A model generated the notes under the pieces. The model saw only the letters and a list, made by a program, of their open reading frames with translations, searched no databases and was not told the DNA's origin. This document shows positions 55,512 to 64,000 of a stretch of DNA of 64,000 bases, piece by piece. The position numbers were made by a program, and so were the translations under genes. Source of the DNA: a virus; the IMG/VR virus record IMGVR_UViG_3300009551_000004; one strand, 5' to 3'. Numbering within the stretch: position 1 is the stretch's first letter; each line of letters starts with the position of its first letter.

Positions 55512-55798
55512 TGGACGACTTTACCGCCGACAGTCCAGCTCCGCGTCGTGGCTGGTCGTCGCAGAACCTGCCCGTAGTGGCAGTTGACGATAATCGCTAC
55601 TGGTCGGTTTTCGACATGATCGAACTGTTTGGAACAAGCGAGAAGAAAGTACGAGCGCTAATTGAGCTGGGGGGGTTGAAACACGTCGGCAAGCGGCACG
55701 GCGGAGCCCGTAAGAGGCACGTTCCCGTCTACCTTGCCGATGCGGTCCTTAGCACAACTAAGGAAAAGGTGGAGAAGTTACTTTCTAGTAGCACGTAA
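55508..55798 (+). CDS. Small putative DNA-binding (excisionase/MerR-like HTH) protein
   Basis: 96-aa ORF with ATGA overlap; WSVFDMIELFGTSEKKVRALIELGGL. Confidence 0.5.
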   Translation: MMDDFTADSPAPRRGWSSQNLPVVAVDDNRYWSVFDMIELFGTSEKKVRALIELGGLKHVGKRHGGARKRHVPVYLADAVLSTTKEKVEKLLSSST

Positions 55799-55856
55799 GG
55801 GCAGCTCGGCGTTTCCCTCCTGAGCTGCGAATTTGATATTCGACCTATCTCAAATA

Positions 55857-55885
55857 TTTACTTGATCTTGATCGCCTGCTAGCGT
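55857..55885 (+). promoter_or_regulatory. Rightward promoter (TTTACT-17-TAGCGT)
   Basis: Located upstream of the LysM-Rpf gene. Confidence 0.5.
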
Positions 55886-56074
55886 CGTCACGTGCTCGAC
55901 GGAGCTAGTGACAGGATGACGAGTGACAGGTATACTACCGCCAGTAGGACAACTGTACCCTTTTCCTGGCCTTTTGCTCCATTGAGCCGTCGGCACCCTT
56001 GCGACATCGCGTCACCCCACGACGCGTGTCCGCTACATCGCTGTAGCGGGGTGAGGTCGCCCTCCTTCAGCTGA

Positions 56075-56794
<720 letters not shown>

Positions 56795-56808
56795 CTAACT
56801 GAAGACCA

Positions 56809-56845
56809 GAAAGCCCCCGCCGATGCCCCCTCGGCGGGGGCTTTC
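56809..56845 (+). terminator. Intrinsic terminator
   Basis: 15-bp stem GAAAGCCCCCGCCGA / TCGGCGGGGGCTTTC. Confidence 0.75.
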
Positions 56846-56866
56846 GCATGCCCAAAGGGAGGCGTT

Positions 56867-57415
56867 GTGAGCGACCGACTGAGCGACGAGCAGATGCTCA
56901 TGCCGTTGCCGATTGGCCCCGTCGACAAAAAGGGCCGCGCTCGTGACGCTGAGGCCGCACGCCTGAAGGCCATGGGCTGGTCGCTTCAGCGCATCGCCGA
57001 CCACTTGCACCTCTACGAGGACAACGATCCGGCGAACCGGGGCGATCCGGAGCGTGCCGGCGCGGCGATCAAGCGCGCGATGGCGCGTGCGGTGCGTTTT
57101 GCCGCCGACGAAACGCGCGCATTGGAGCTTCAGAGCTATGACGAGCTCGAAGCCGAGTGTTGGCGCATGCTTCAGAGCAAGCACATCATGATCCAGAACG
57201 GCAAGGTTATTCTGTTCGACGGAACTCCGGTTGATGACGACCGTTTCGTTCTGGAGACGATCGACCGCATTCTGAAGATCAAGGAACGTCGGGCTCGCCT
57301 GCTCGGTCTCGACGCGCCGACGCGGGCCGAGATCGTCACGATTGACAGCATCGAGGCGGAGATCGGCAAGCTGGAAGCCGAACTCGCCGAGTCGCGAAAA
57401 ACTAACCTGATCTGA
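56867..57415 (+). CDS. terS: Terminase small subunit (putative)
   Basis: GTG after AAAGGGAGG; N-terminal HTH (LKAMGWSLQRIADHL), coiled-coil C-terminus, located just upstream of TerL. Confidence 0.6.
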   Translation: MSDRLSDEQMLMPLPIGPVDKKGRARDAEAARLKAMGWSLQRIADHLHLYEDNDPANRGDPERAGAAIKRAMARAVRFAADETRALELQSYDELEAECWRMLQSKHIMIQNGKVILFDGTPVDDDRFVLETIDRILKIKERRARLLGLDAPTRAEIVTIDSIEAEIGKLEAELAESRKTNLI

Positions 57416-57534
57416 TGGCGAAGACGGGACAAGAGCGAGGCGTGCCGCATCCCGGGCAGGAAAAACATCCGACCAGCAAGGTGTCGCCACCGATTAGCAA
57501 GCTTCCGCTGCCGAAAACTAACCGTTAATCCGGT

Positions 57535-57672
57535 CTAATGTTCGCGCGGCTCGCCACAAGCCAGACACTGCTCGAACTGCTCGGTATCGTCGTCGAGGCT
57601 GAATTGATGGCCGAAGTATTCGCAGCTTGTGTAGGTCATGTCACGAGCTTCATCGTCGGTCAGGTCGTCCAT
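57535..57672 (-). CDS. Small antisense-oriented Cys-containing protein (45 aa)
   Basis: ATG after GGAATCGGAAGGAG with its own promoter; sits between TerS and TerL. Confidence 0.45.
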   Translation of the reverse strand: MDDLTDDEARDMTYTSCEYFGHQFSLDDDTEQFEQCLACGEPREH

Positions 57673-57698
57673 GTCAATCTCCTTCCGATTCCGAGACG

Positions 57699-57727
57699 AC
57701 GGTACCAGGCCGATCCGTGGCTGTAAA
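57699..57727 (-). promoter_or_regulatory. SigA-like promoter (TTTACA-17-TACCGT)
   Basis: GTGTTTACA family. Confidence 0.55.
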
Positions 57728-57741
57728 CACCTGGGAGGTGT

Positions 57742-59235
57742 GTGGCTGACACTCTCCTGGAGATCAAGCTCGATAAACTTCGCCGCCTTCAAGAACTGCA
57801 ACGCCAGAAGCGTGAGATCGAAAGCGGAGATGCGGCTCGCGTCGTATGGCGCGAGTCGGCGAGGCCCGATCAGCTTGAACCCGAAGGCGACTGGTTTGTC
57901 TGGCTGATCCTCGCCGGCCGAGGCTGGGGCAAGACGCGGACCGCCGCTGAGCTCATGGCGGAGAAGGCGCGACGCTACCCCGGCGCGCGTATCGCCCTGG
58001 TGGGCCGGACGTTCGGCGACACCCGCGACACCATGATCGAGGGTGACTCGGGACTGCTGAACGTTTTCAAGCAGTCGGAACTTCGTGGCGGCAAGGTCGA
58101 TGGTGCATGGAACCGATCCCTCGGTGAAGTGTATTTGGAAAACGGCACCAAGTTCTTCTCGTATTCGTCCGAAAAGCCCTGGCAACTTCGTGGTCCTCAG
58201 TTCCATTTTGCCTGGGGAGACGAGTCGTGCTTCTGGGCCGACGCCCATAAAGGCACTGCCGCTGACACGACGTGGTCAAACCTGACGATTGCCACCCGAC
58301 TCCCCCGCAAACCGGGGTGGCCTCTGGACTACCAAAGCCGCATTGTGGTGGCCACGACTCCTCGGCCGGTGGCTCTGCTTAAGGTGTCCGATCCGCAACA
58401 AGTTTCTCCCGGCCTAATGCAGCGTGACAACGTCATCGTCACCCGTGGTCGCACCGTAGACAATCTGGAAAATCTCAACGACAACTACAAGGCGAATGTT
58501 GTTGCCCCTCTGCTGGGCACGCAGCTCGGTCTTCAGGAGCTCGACGGCGAGATTCTGGAGAATCGAGACAACGCCTTGTGGAAGCGTGAATGGATTGAGG
58601 CTGACCGCTACGGCGCTGACCGCGCTAGCGAGCTCGATCTGGTACGCGTTGTCGTGGGTGTCGACCCGTCGGTCACCAGCGGAGAAGCCGCCGACCTGAC
58701 GGGCATCATCGTCTGCGCCGCAGACCGTGAAGGTAATGGTTACGTTCTCGCCGATTACACCATGCGCGGCACGCCGAAGCAGTGCATGCAGAAAGTCAAA
58801 GAGGCGTACGACACCTGGAAGGCAGACCGCGTTGTCGCCGAGGTGAACAACGGCGGCGACTATATCGGCACCGTGTTGCGCACGGTGGACGACAACATGG
58901 CATTTCGAGCTGTGCGTGCCAGTCGAGGTAAGAACACTCGCGCTGAGCCGATCTCGGCTTTGTATGAGCAGCATCGCGTGCATCACGTCGGCATGTTTCC
59001 TCAACTCGAAGACGAAATGTGCACCTGGGCACCGGGTGATCCGGAATCGCCGGACCGCATGGACGCCATGGTCTGGGCAATGTACGACCTGAAAGACCTG
59101 ATCGGCGGCTCCTGGCTGGACGCCTACAGCGTCGTTCGATGCCACAAGTGCGAACGACCCTTTACGAAGACATTCGGCGGCAAGCCGCGCGAAAAGTGCC
59201 CGCACTGCAATACGGCTGTTGAGGAGGCCGCGTGA
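57742..59235 (+). CDS. terL: Terminase large subunit
   Basis: 497 aa; Walker A-like AGRGWGKTRTAAE; typical size and position upstream of the portal. Confidence 0.85.
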   Translation: MADTLLEIKLDKLRRLQELQRQKREIESGDAARVVWRESARPDQLEPEGDWFVWLILAGRGWGKTRTAAELMAEKARRYPGARIALVGRTFGDTRDTMIEGDSGLLNVFKQSELRGGKVDGAWNRSLGEVYLENGTKFFSYSSEKPWQLRGPQFHFAWGDESCFWADAHKGTAADTTWSNLTIATRLPRKPGWPLDYQSRIVVATTPRPVALLKVSDPQQVSPGLMQRDNVIVTRGRTVDNLENLNDNYKANVVAPLLGTQLGLQELDGEILENRDNALWKREWIEADRYGADRASELDLVRVVVGVDPSVTSGEAADLTGIIVCAADREGNGYVLADYTMRGTPKQCMQKVKEAYDTWKADRVVAEVNNGGDYIGTVLRTVDDNMAFRAVRASRGKNTRAEPISALYEQHRVHHVGMFPQLEDEMCTWAPGDPESPDRMDAMVWAMYDLKDLIGGSWLDAYSVVRCHKCERPFTKTFGGKPREKCPHCNTAVEEAA

Positions 59236-59606
59236 CCCAGCCGGCTCCCCTGCCTAACTTCTTCAACGCCATTGCCGCGATCGATTCGCAATGGTCGCAG
59301 GTGTACATCATCACCAATGACGACGGCTCGTTGGCAAACATCACCAACAAAACGTTTGAGCTCGTTGTGCGCGACACCAACACCGGCTTGGTCGCCTTTT
59401 CGGTGAACAACACCGCATCCACTAGTGCGGGGAATATCGCGGTAACCAGCAGCGCGGCAAGTCTTCAGGTGATTCTTACACCCACCGCGACATCGCTGCT
59501 TCATGAATATGGCAGCAATTACACGCTGTGGATGGATCCCACTCTCAACGATGCGACAGCGCTTGTCGCCGGCATTTTTTACGGCCGTACGGTCGCGGTA
59601 CCTTAG
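59232..59606 (+). CDS. Hypothetical protein
   Basis: 124-aa ORF with GTGA overlap to TerL. Confidence 0.7.
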   Translation: MTQPAPLPNFFNAIAAIDSQWSQVYIITNDDGSLANITNKTFELVVRDTNTGLVAFSVNNTASTSAGNIAVTSSAASLQVILTPTATSLLHEYGSNYTLWMDPTLNDATALVAGIFYGRTVAVP

Positions 59607-59617
59607 GAGGCTAACGG

Positions 59618-60871
59618 GTGGTCAACGTCACCATCGTCACCGCCGGCACCTCCGGACCTCGCGGCAATGGGTGGCTGTCCGGCACAGGCGCGCCGGCTAA
59701 TTCGGTCGGTTTTAACGGCGATTTCTACCTCGACACCACAAATCCGTCGGTGTTTTACGGCCCTAAAGCAAACGGCGCATGGCCAGCGCCGACGCAGTTT
59801 ACGAGCCAGAAGAACAACTTCACTGCGACGCGTGACCCGGCGACAACGGACGACGGCACGCAAGGGTATTCGATCGGGTCGATCTGGATCAATACCTCAA
59901 CCTCGGCATATTTCGTCGCCGAAAACGTGACGACAAATGCCGCAGTGTGGTATCAGAACTATCAGCTGGGCACCACGTCGGGTAGTGCCGCTGCCGGCAA
60001 TGACAGTCGAATCACCGGCGCACTCCAGGCGTCAAACAACCTCAGCGATGTCACGAGCGTATCGGGCTCTCGTAACCATCTCGGTTTAGGCGGCGCGGCC
60101 GTGCTCAACGTCGGCACCACGACGGGCACTGTGGCTGCCGGTGACGACTCCCGAATCGTCAATGCGCTGCAAAACACGTTGCTCACCACCAAGGGCGACC
60201 TGATTGTTGCCACGAGTGGCGGTGGTGCCACCCGTCTTGGCGTCGGTAGCAACACTCAGATTCTGACGGTTGATTCGACGCAGGCCACGGGCCTGAAGTG
60301 GGCGGCCCCCGCCGCGAGCGGCATGGATCAGATTTTCCCGATGAACCAGGGCTACGGCCTTCTGACCGTCAGCGACAACCCGTTGTTCTTCCAGAACATT
60401 TCCGGCCTGGCCAGCGGGACCGTATTCGGTGCCCGATGCTGGGTGCCGGCGAATACGGCTCTGGGACACCTCGTCGCCGCTAACCACAGTGCGGGGACGT
60501 ACAACACTTCGGCAGTCCCTAACCAGCTGGGCATTTACGACGACAGCGGCACGCAGCTTCAGACCACGGCTAACGACAACACGCTGTGGACCACTGTCGG
60601 TTGGGCCGGCGGTGCTATCACGACCGTTCCGGCACAGGCTAGCGGTCGATTCGTGTACATCCTGTACATCCTGGGCGGCTTCACCGGCGTTCAGGTGCCC
60701 TATGCATTGGGCGCAAACGACACCAATGCCCCCTACATGGGCCTTGGTGTTACTAATGCCGGCAATCGTCGTGCATTTTACCTGAACGGGCAGTCGGCGC
60801 TCCCGGGCTCGTTCAATCCGACGAGTGTTGGCACTAATACCGGTTTCGTGCCGCTCGTGGGGGCGTACTAG
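59618..60871 (+). CDS. Tail-fibre-like / minor-tail-like Gly/Thr/Asn-rich protein
   Basis: GTG after TAGGAGG; GPRGNGW and GDFYLDTT...YGPK motifs common in phage fibre proteins. Confidence 0.6.
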   Translation: MVNVTIVTAGTSGPRGNGWLSGTGAPANSVGFNGDFYLDTTNPSVFYGPKANGAWPAPTQFTSQKNNFTATRDPATTDDGTQGYSIGSIWINTSTSAYFVAENVTTNAAVWYQNYQLGTTSGSAAAGNDSRITGALQASNNLSDVTSVSGSRNHLGLGGAAVLNVGTTTGTVAAGDDSRIVNALQNTLLTTKGDLIVATSGGGATRLGVGSNTQILTVDSTQATGLKWAAPAASGMDQIFPMNQGYGLLTVSDNPLFFQNISGLASGTVFGARCWVPANTALGHLVAANHSAGTYNTSAVPNQLGIYDDSGTQLQTTANDNTLWTTVGWAGGAITTVPAQASGRFVYILYILGGFTGVQVPYALGANDTNAPYMGLGVTNAGNRRAFYLNGQSALPGSFNPTSVGTNTGFVPLVGAY

Positions 60872-61203
60872 TGACAATGTCCACTGGAGAACGGGCTCCG
60901 TTCGACCAGGCAGCTCGCTCCGTCATTTCCGGCACTCAACGGATCTTTGGTGGCTCTCCTCGGCTTCCGTTGACGCAGGAAGAGAAGAAAGAAGCGCAGC
61001 AAGTCGCCAAAAGTGGTGGCGTCTGTCTGTTCTGCGGCGGCATCCACGTCGGCGCGTCCACGCCAGCGTGCCCCCGCTTGGCGAGTGGGAAGCTCAACGG
61101 TGATGGCACTGTCGTTGAATTCACGTATTGGCAGGAGTGGAACACCGACCGCGTCATTTTCCCCGAGGAAATTGAAGACGACAAGGAGTCCGGTGACGAG
61201 TGA
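60871..61203 (+). CDS. Hypothetical protein
   Basis: 110-aa ORF in the track. Confidence 0.65.
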   Translation: MTMSTGERAPFDQAARSVISGTQRIFGGSPRLPLTQEEKKEAQQVAKSGGVCLFCGGIHVGASTPACPRLASGKLNGDGTVVEFTYWQEWNTDRVIFPEEIEDDKESGDE

Positions 61204-61402
61204 CCAGGAACGCGCTGAGATTATGTTGCGCTTGCGCCTGATCAATGATGCGCAAGAGCGTGGCGCGACCTGGGCGGGAATCGCCAGTGCGCTGGGGTAC
61301 TCCGACGGAAAAGCTGCAAAGAATGACGTGAAAAAGACCGCGCGACGGCTGGAAAAGTTACTGCGCACGGAGGCGGAGAAGGTGACCGATGGCCACGAAT
61401 AA
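61193..61402 (+). CDS. Small HTH-like protein
   Basis: GTG after AAGGAG; ATWAGIASALGYSDGKAAKNDVKK. Confidence 0.55.
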   Translation: MTSDQERAEIMLRLRLINDAQERGATWAGIASALGYSDGKAAKNDVKKTARRLEKLLRTEAEKVTDGHE

Positions 61403-64000
61403 GTCTATCCTCCGCGCGACCAAGTACTCCCCCACTTCCGCGCCGCAAGGTGGCGTCAGCACCGGTCGATTCTCGCCGCTGGCAATGCAATTGGCGGATC
61501 AACACGGCTACGCCAATGCGTATTCAGGCTTCCTGCCGCGTCCGGCGTCCGACTTCACGCAAGGCGCATTCGGCCCGTTCAGCCCCATCCTGCCCGTCCC
61601 GGTTGACGAGCCGGGCCCGGATGGTCGCGCCGAACCGCGTCGCGAAGAATACCGCGTCGGCTGGAACCTTCCTGTCGGCACGCCCGGTAGCGAAGGTCTG
61701 AAGCTGGCCAGCTTCAGCACCCTTAAGACGCTGGCCGACCTGTACTCCGTGGCGCGGGCGTGTATTCAGCTGCGCAAGTCGGAGATTCGCGGTCTGGAGT
61801 GGGACATCATGCCCACCCAGGAAGCGGCCAAGGCGAACCGTGGCGACAAGAAGTGGTTCAAGGATTTCGGCGAGCGCCGAGCCAAGGCCAAGAAGTTCTT
61901 TCGGCGTCCAGACCCGGACTACTACAGCTGGAACACCTTCCTGGATGCATTTCTTGAGGAAGTCTTCGTTTTTGACGCCCTCTCCCTCTACCTGCGCCCC
62001 AAGCGCGGCAAGGGAATGCGTAAGGGCGTTCTCGGCAGTGATCTGGACAGCTTGAATCTGATCAACGGTCCGACGATTCGGCCGCTGTATGACATGCACG
62101 GTGGTTACCCGGCTCCGCCGGCTCCGGCCTACCAGCAGTACCTCTACGGCGTGCCGCGTTCCGACTTCATCAAGATGTTGACCGAAATGGACATCGAAGA
62201 GTCGGGCATGCGGTCGAGTCAACTTGGCGCATTTCGCGGCGACCAGTTGCTCTACATTCCCATGGTGCCGCGTCGCTGGACGCCGTACGGCTTCCCGCCC
62301 ATCGAGCGGGCGATGATTCCGGTCCTGTCCGGTCTCCAGAAGCAGGGTTGGCAGCTCGATTATTTCCGCGAGGGCACCGTCCCTTCGGTGTACATGTCTC
62401 CCGGCGACGAGAACATGACGCCGAATCAGATTCGCGAGCTTCAGGACGCCCTGAACGCTTTCGCGGGCGATCCGGCGTGGCACCACAAGATCATTGTTTT
62501 GCCGCCCGGCACGCGCGTCGAGCCTCAGCGTGATGTGCAGCTGGCCGACCAGTTCGACGAAATCGTCATGACGCAGGTCTGCATGGCCTTCGACATCATG
62601 CCGATGGAGCTGGGCATCGCGCCCAAGGTGTCGACGTCGATGTCGCCTGGCGCGAGCAATCAGATGGCCAAGATGGCGCAGAGCATCGGCGAACGCAAGG
62701 CGACGAAGCCGACGTTGATGTTCATCGCGGACATCATGAACGGCATTCTTCAGACCACGTGCGGTCAAGACGACATGCAATTCGTTTTCGAAGGCCTGGA
62801 AGCCGAAGAGGATCAGGTTCTTCTGACCGAATTGCTGGTCAATCAGATCAAGTACGGCCTGCGCAGCGTTGACGAGGCGCGGGACGAGCTGAGCCTTCAG
62901 CCGTGGGGTATGCCGGAAACGAGCGGCCCCGTGTATATGGCCCCGACGGGTCCGATTCCGTTCGGTGCGGTCACGCCCGTCCCTGGGCAGCCCACACCGG
63001 CCGCCCAGCCTGCCCTGCCGGGCGTGCAGCCGGCGACGCCCGTGGTGGCAGGTGGAAGTGCCAGCGGTGCTTCCAGTCAGCCCGTGGCGGCCCCTCAGCA
63101 CGTCGAGACGCCAGGCCACGCAGCCGCGCAGGGGCATGCCGGCACGCCGGCCGCCAAGCCCGCCGCGCGACCTGGCGCGGCGGGCCAGACGGTCAAACCT
63201 CCAAGAGGTCCCGCTTCCTCATCGGTGAATAGTCGCCCCAAGGTAGACGACCCGGGGTTGCTTAAAGCAGCCGCCAATGAGCTCGAAGCCCTGGGACGGC
63301 ACGTCAAAAAGGGTCGCCAGGTCTCCAGCTGGGTACCGCGCGCATTAGCGCCCGATGCTCTTGCGCGCATTAGCCAGCACATGGCCGAAGGTCTGGAGAT
63401 CGACGAAGCGATCAAGGTAGTCAAGGCGACACGGCGAATCGTCTCCCTCAATGGGCAGGAATCATGGATGGATGCCGCCGTTCCGCTCAATGCGGCAGGC
63501 GGCGGTGGCCGTTCACCCGTCAGACATCTTGGTGACGGCACCGAAGTGCCTGGCGGCGTGCCGGCGAACACGGCTGGTGGCGAACCTCCACGGTGGGCTC
63601 CGTCCCGGCCGCTCAATGGATACATGGGCGGCTTCTACGACGGCTCAGATCGGTCTCAAGCGCATCACCCCTCCAGCGGTCGTGACGACCGAATTCCCGT
63701 AGGGGTAGATCATCAAACCGACGTGAACTCACGTCCCGGAAGTTACCCCGACCCGCCGCGTGGGCAATGGCCGAACGGCGGCCACGGAACGGGACAGGCT
63801 GGAGCGAATGCCGTACCGGGCGACGTGAACGACCGAGATCGGTCACCCGGTGTCGGTGATATGGCGGCCAAGGCGGCTGCCCCTGTCGCTGCCGGTTTGG
63901 CGGTTCGAGCGGCCGACACGGGCCGCGTGCTGATGCTTCAGCGGGCAATGACCGATGACGACCCCGCCGCTGGCGCGTGGGAATTCCCGGGCGGCTGCTT
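61389..64000 (+). CDS. Portal protein fused to a long C-terminal extension ending in a Nudix-like domain (partial, runs off the window)
   Basis: I traced the frame codon by codon from ATG 61389 to 64000 and found no stop. The portal-like body is followed by a Pro/Ala linker (about 62950-63230). The last residues read GLAVRAADTGRVLMLQRAMTDDDPAAGAWEFPGG. Confidence 0.75.
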   Translation, partial: MATNKSILRATKYSPTSAPQGGVSTGRFSPLAMQLADQHGYANAYSGFLPRPASDFTQGAFGPFSPILPVPVDEPGPDGRAEPRREEYRVGWNLPVGTPGSEGLKLASFSTLKTLADLYSVARACIQLRKSEIRGLEWDIMPTQEAAKANRGDKKWFKDFGERRAKAKKFFRRPDPDYYSWNTFLDAFLEEVFVFDALSLYLRPKRGKGMRKGVLGSDLDSLNLINGPTIRPLYDMHGGYPAPPAPAYQQYLYGVPRSDFIKMLTEMDIEESGMRSSQLGAFRGDQLLYIPMVPRRWTPYGFPPIERAMIPVLSGLQKQGWQLDYFREGTVPSVYMSPGDENMTPNQIRELQDALNAFAGDPAWHHKIIVLPPGTRVEPQRDVQLADQFDEIVMTQVCMAFDIMPMELGIAPKVSTSMSPGASNQMAKMAQSIGERKATKPTLMFIADIMNGILQTTCGQDDMQFVFEGLEAEEDQVLLTELLVNQIKYGLRSVDEARDELSLQPWGMPETSGPVYMAPTGPIPFGAVTPVPGQPTPAAQPALPGVQPATPVVAGGSASGASSQPVAAPQHVETPGHAAAQGHAGTPAAKPAARPGAAGQTVKPPRGPASSSVNSRPKVDDPGLLKAAANELEALGRHVKKGRQVSSWVPRALAPDALARISQHMAEGLEIDEAIKVVKATRRIVSLNGQESWMDAAVPLNAAGGGGRSPVRHLGDGTEVPGGVPANTAGGEPPRWAPSRPLNGYMGGFYDGSDRSQAHHPSSGRDDRIPVGVDHQTDVNSRPGSYPDPPRGQWPNGGHGTGQAGANAVPGDVNDRDRSPGVGDMAAKAAAPVAAGLAVRAADTGRVLMLQRAMTDDDPAAGAWEFPGGC

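Noticed and set aside
61524-63137. 537-aa minus-strand ORF, the longest in the track for this region
   Set aside because: It is the antisense shadow of the portal reading frame. The plus frame from 61389 reads as a typical portal, is RBS/ATG-anchored and co-oriented with the terminase genes. The minus ORF is Arg/Gly/His-rich nonsense typical of GC-rich antisense frames.

Overview
High-GC, gene-dense window that reads as an actinobacteriophage or prophage-like genome segment. This is an inference from Lsr2-, Rpf-, terminase- and portal-like genes and from chains of ATGA/GTGA-coupled small genes. 1.8-19.7 kb and 22.3-50.8 kb carry mostly leftward (minus) small genes with many tandem paralog families. 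They also encode a MazG-like protein, an RNA ligase with a tRNA-binding domain, two HAD phosphatases, an RlaP-like nucleotidyltransferase, Lsr2, an XRE-type regulator, a rightward UDP-sulfoquinovose-synthase-like gene and an FtsK/SpoIIIE-like translocase with membrane partners. 53.07-54.13 kb holds a rightward cluster of 7 tRNAs, several of them atypical. 54.3-64.0 kb starts the late arm: phosphatase, LysM-Rpf, TerS, TerL, a fibre-like protein, and a portal ORF that stays open to the window edge and ends in a Nudix-like motif. The coding-poor blocks are more unusual than the genes. They contain two tRNA-like genes with 3' half before 5' half (30.78-31.19 kb), a six-copy palindromic promoter/operator module, a 9-bp-phased half-site array, eight covarying hairpin repeats around an IS110-C-terminal-like ORF, a roughly 1-kb pile-up of GGTCTC/GAGACC next to the translocase, and two iteron-like noncoding blocks. 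All calls were made by eye from the sequence and ORF track. No database search or folding program was run. Starts of small genes and all family assignments are provisional.
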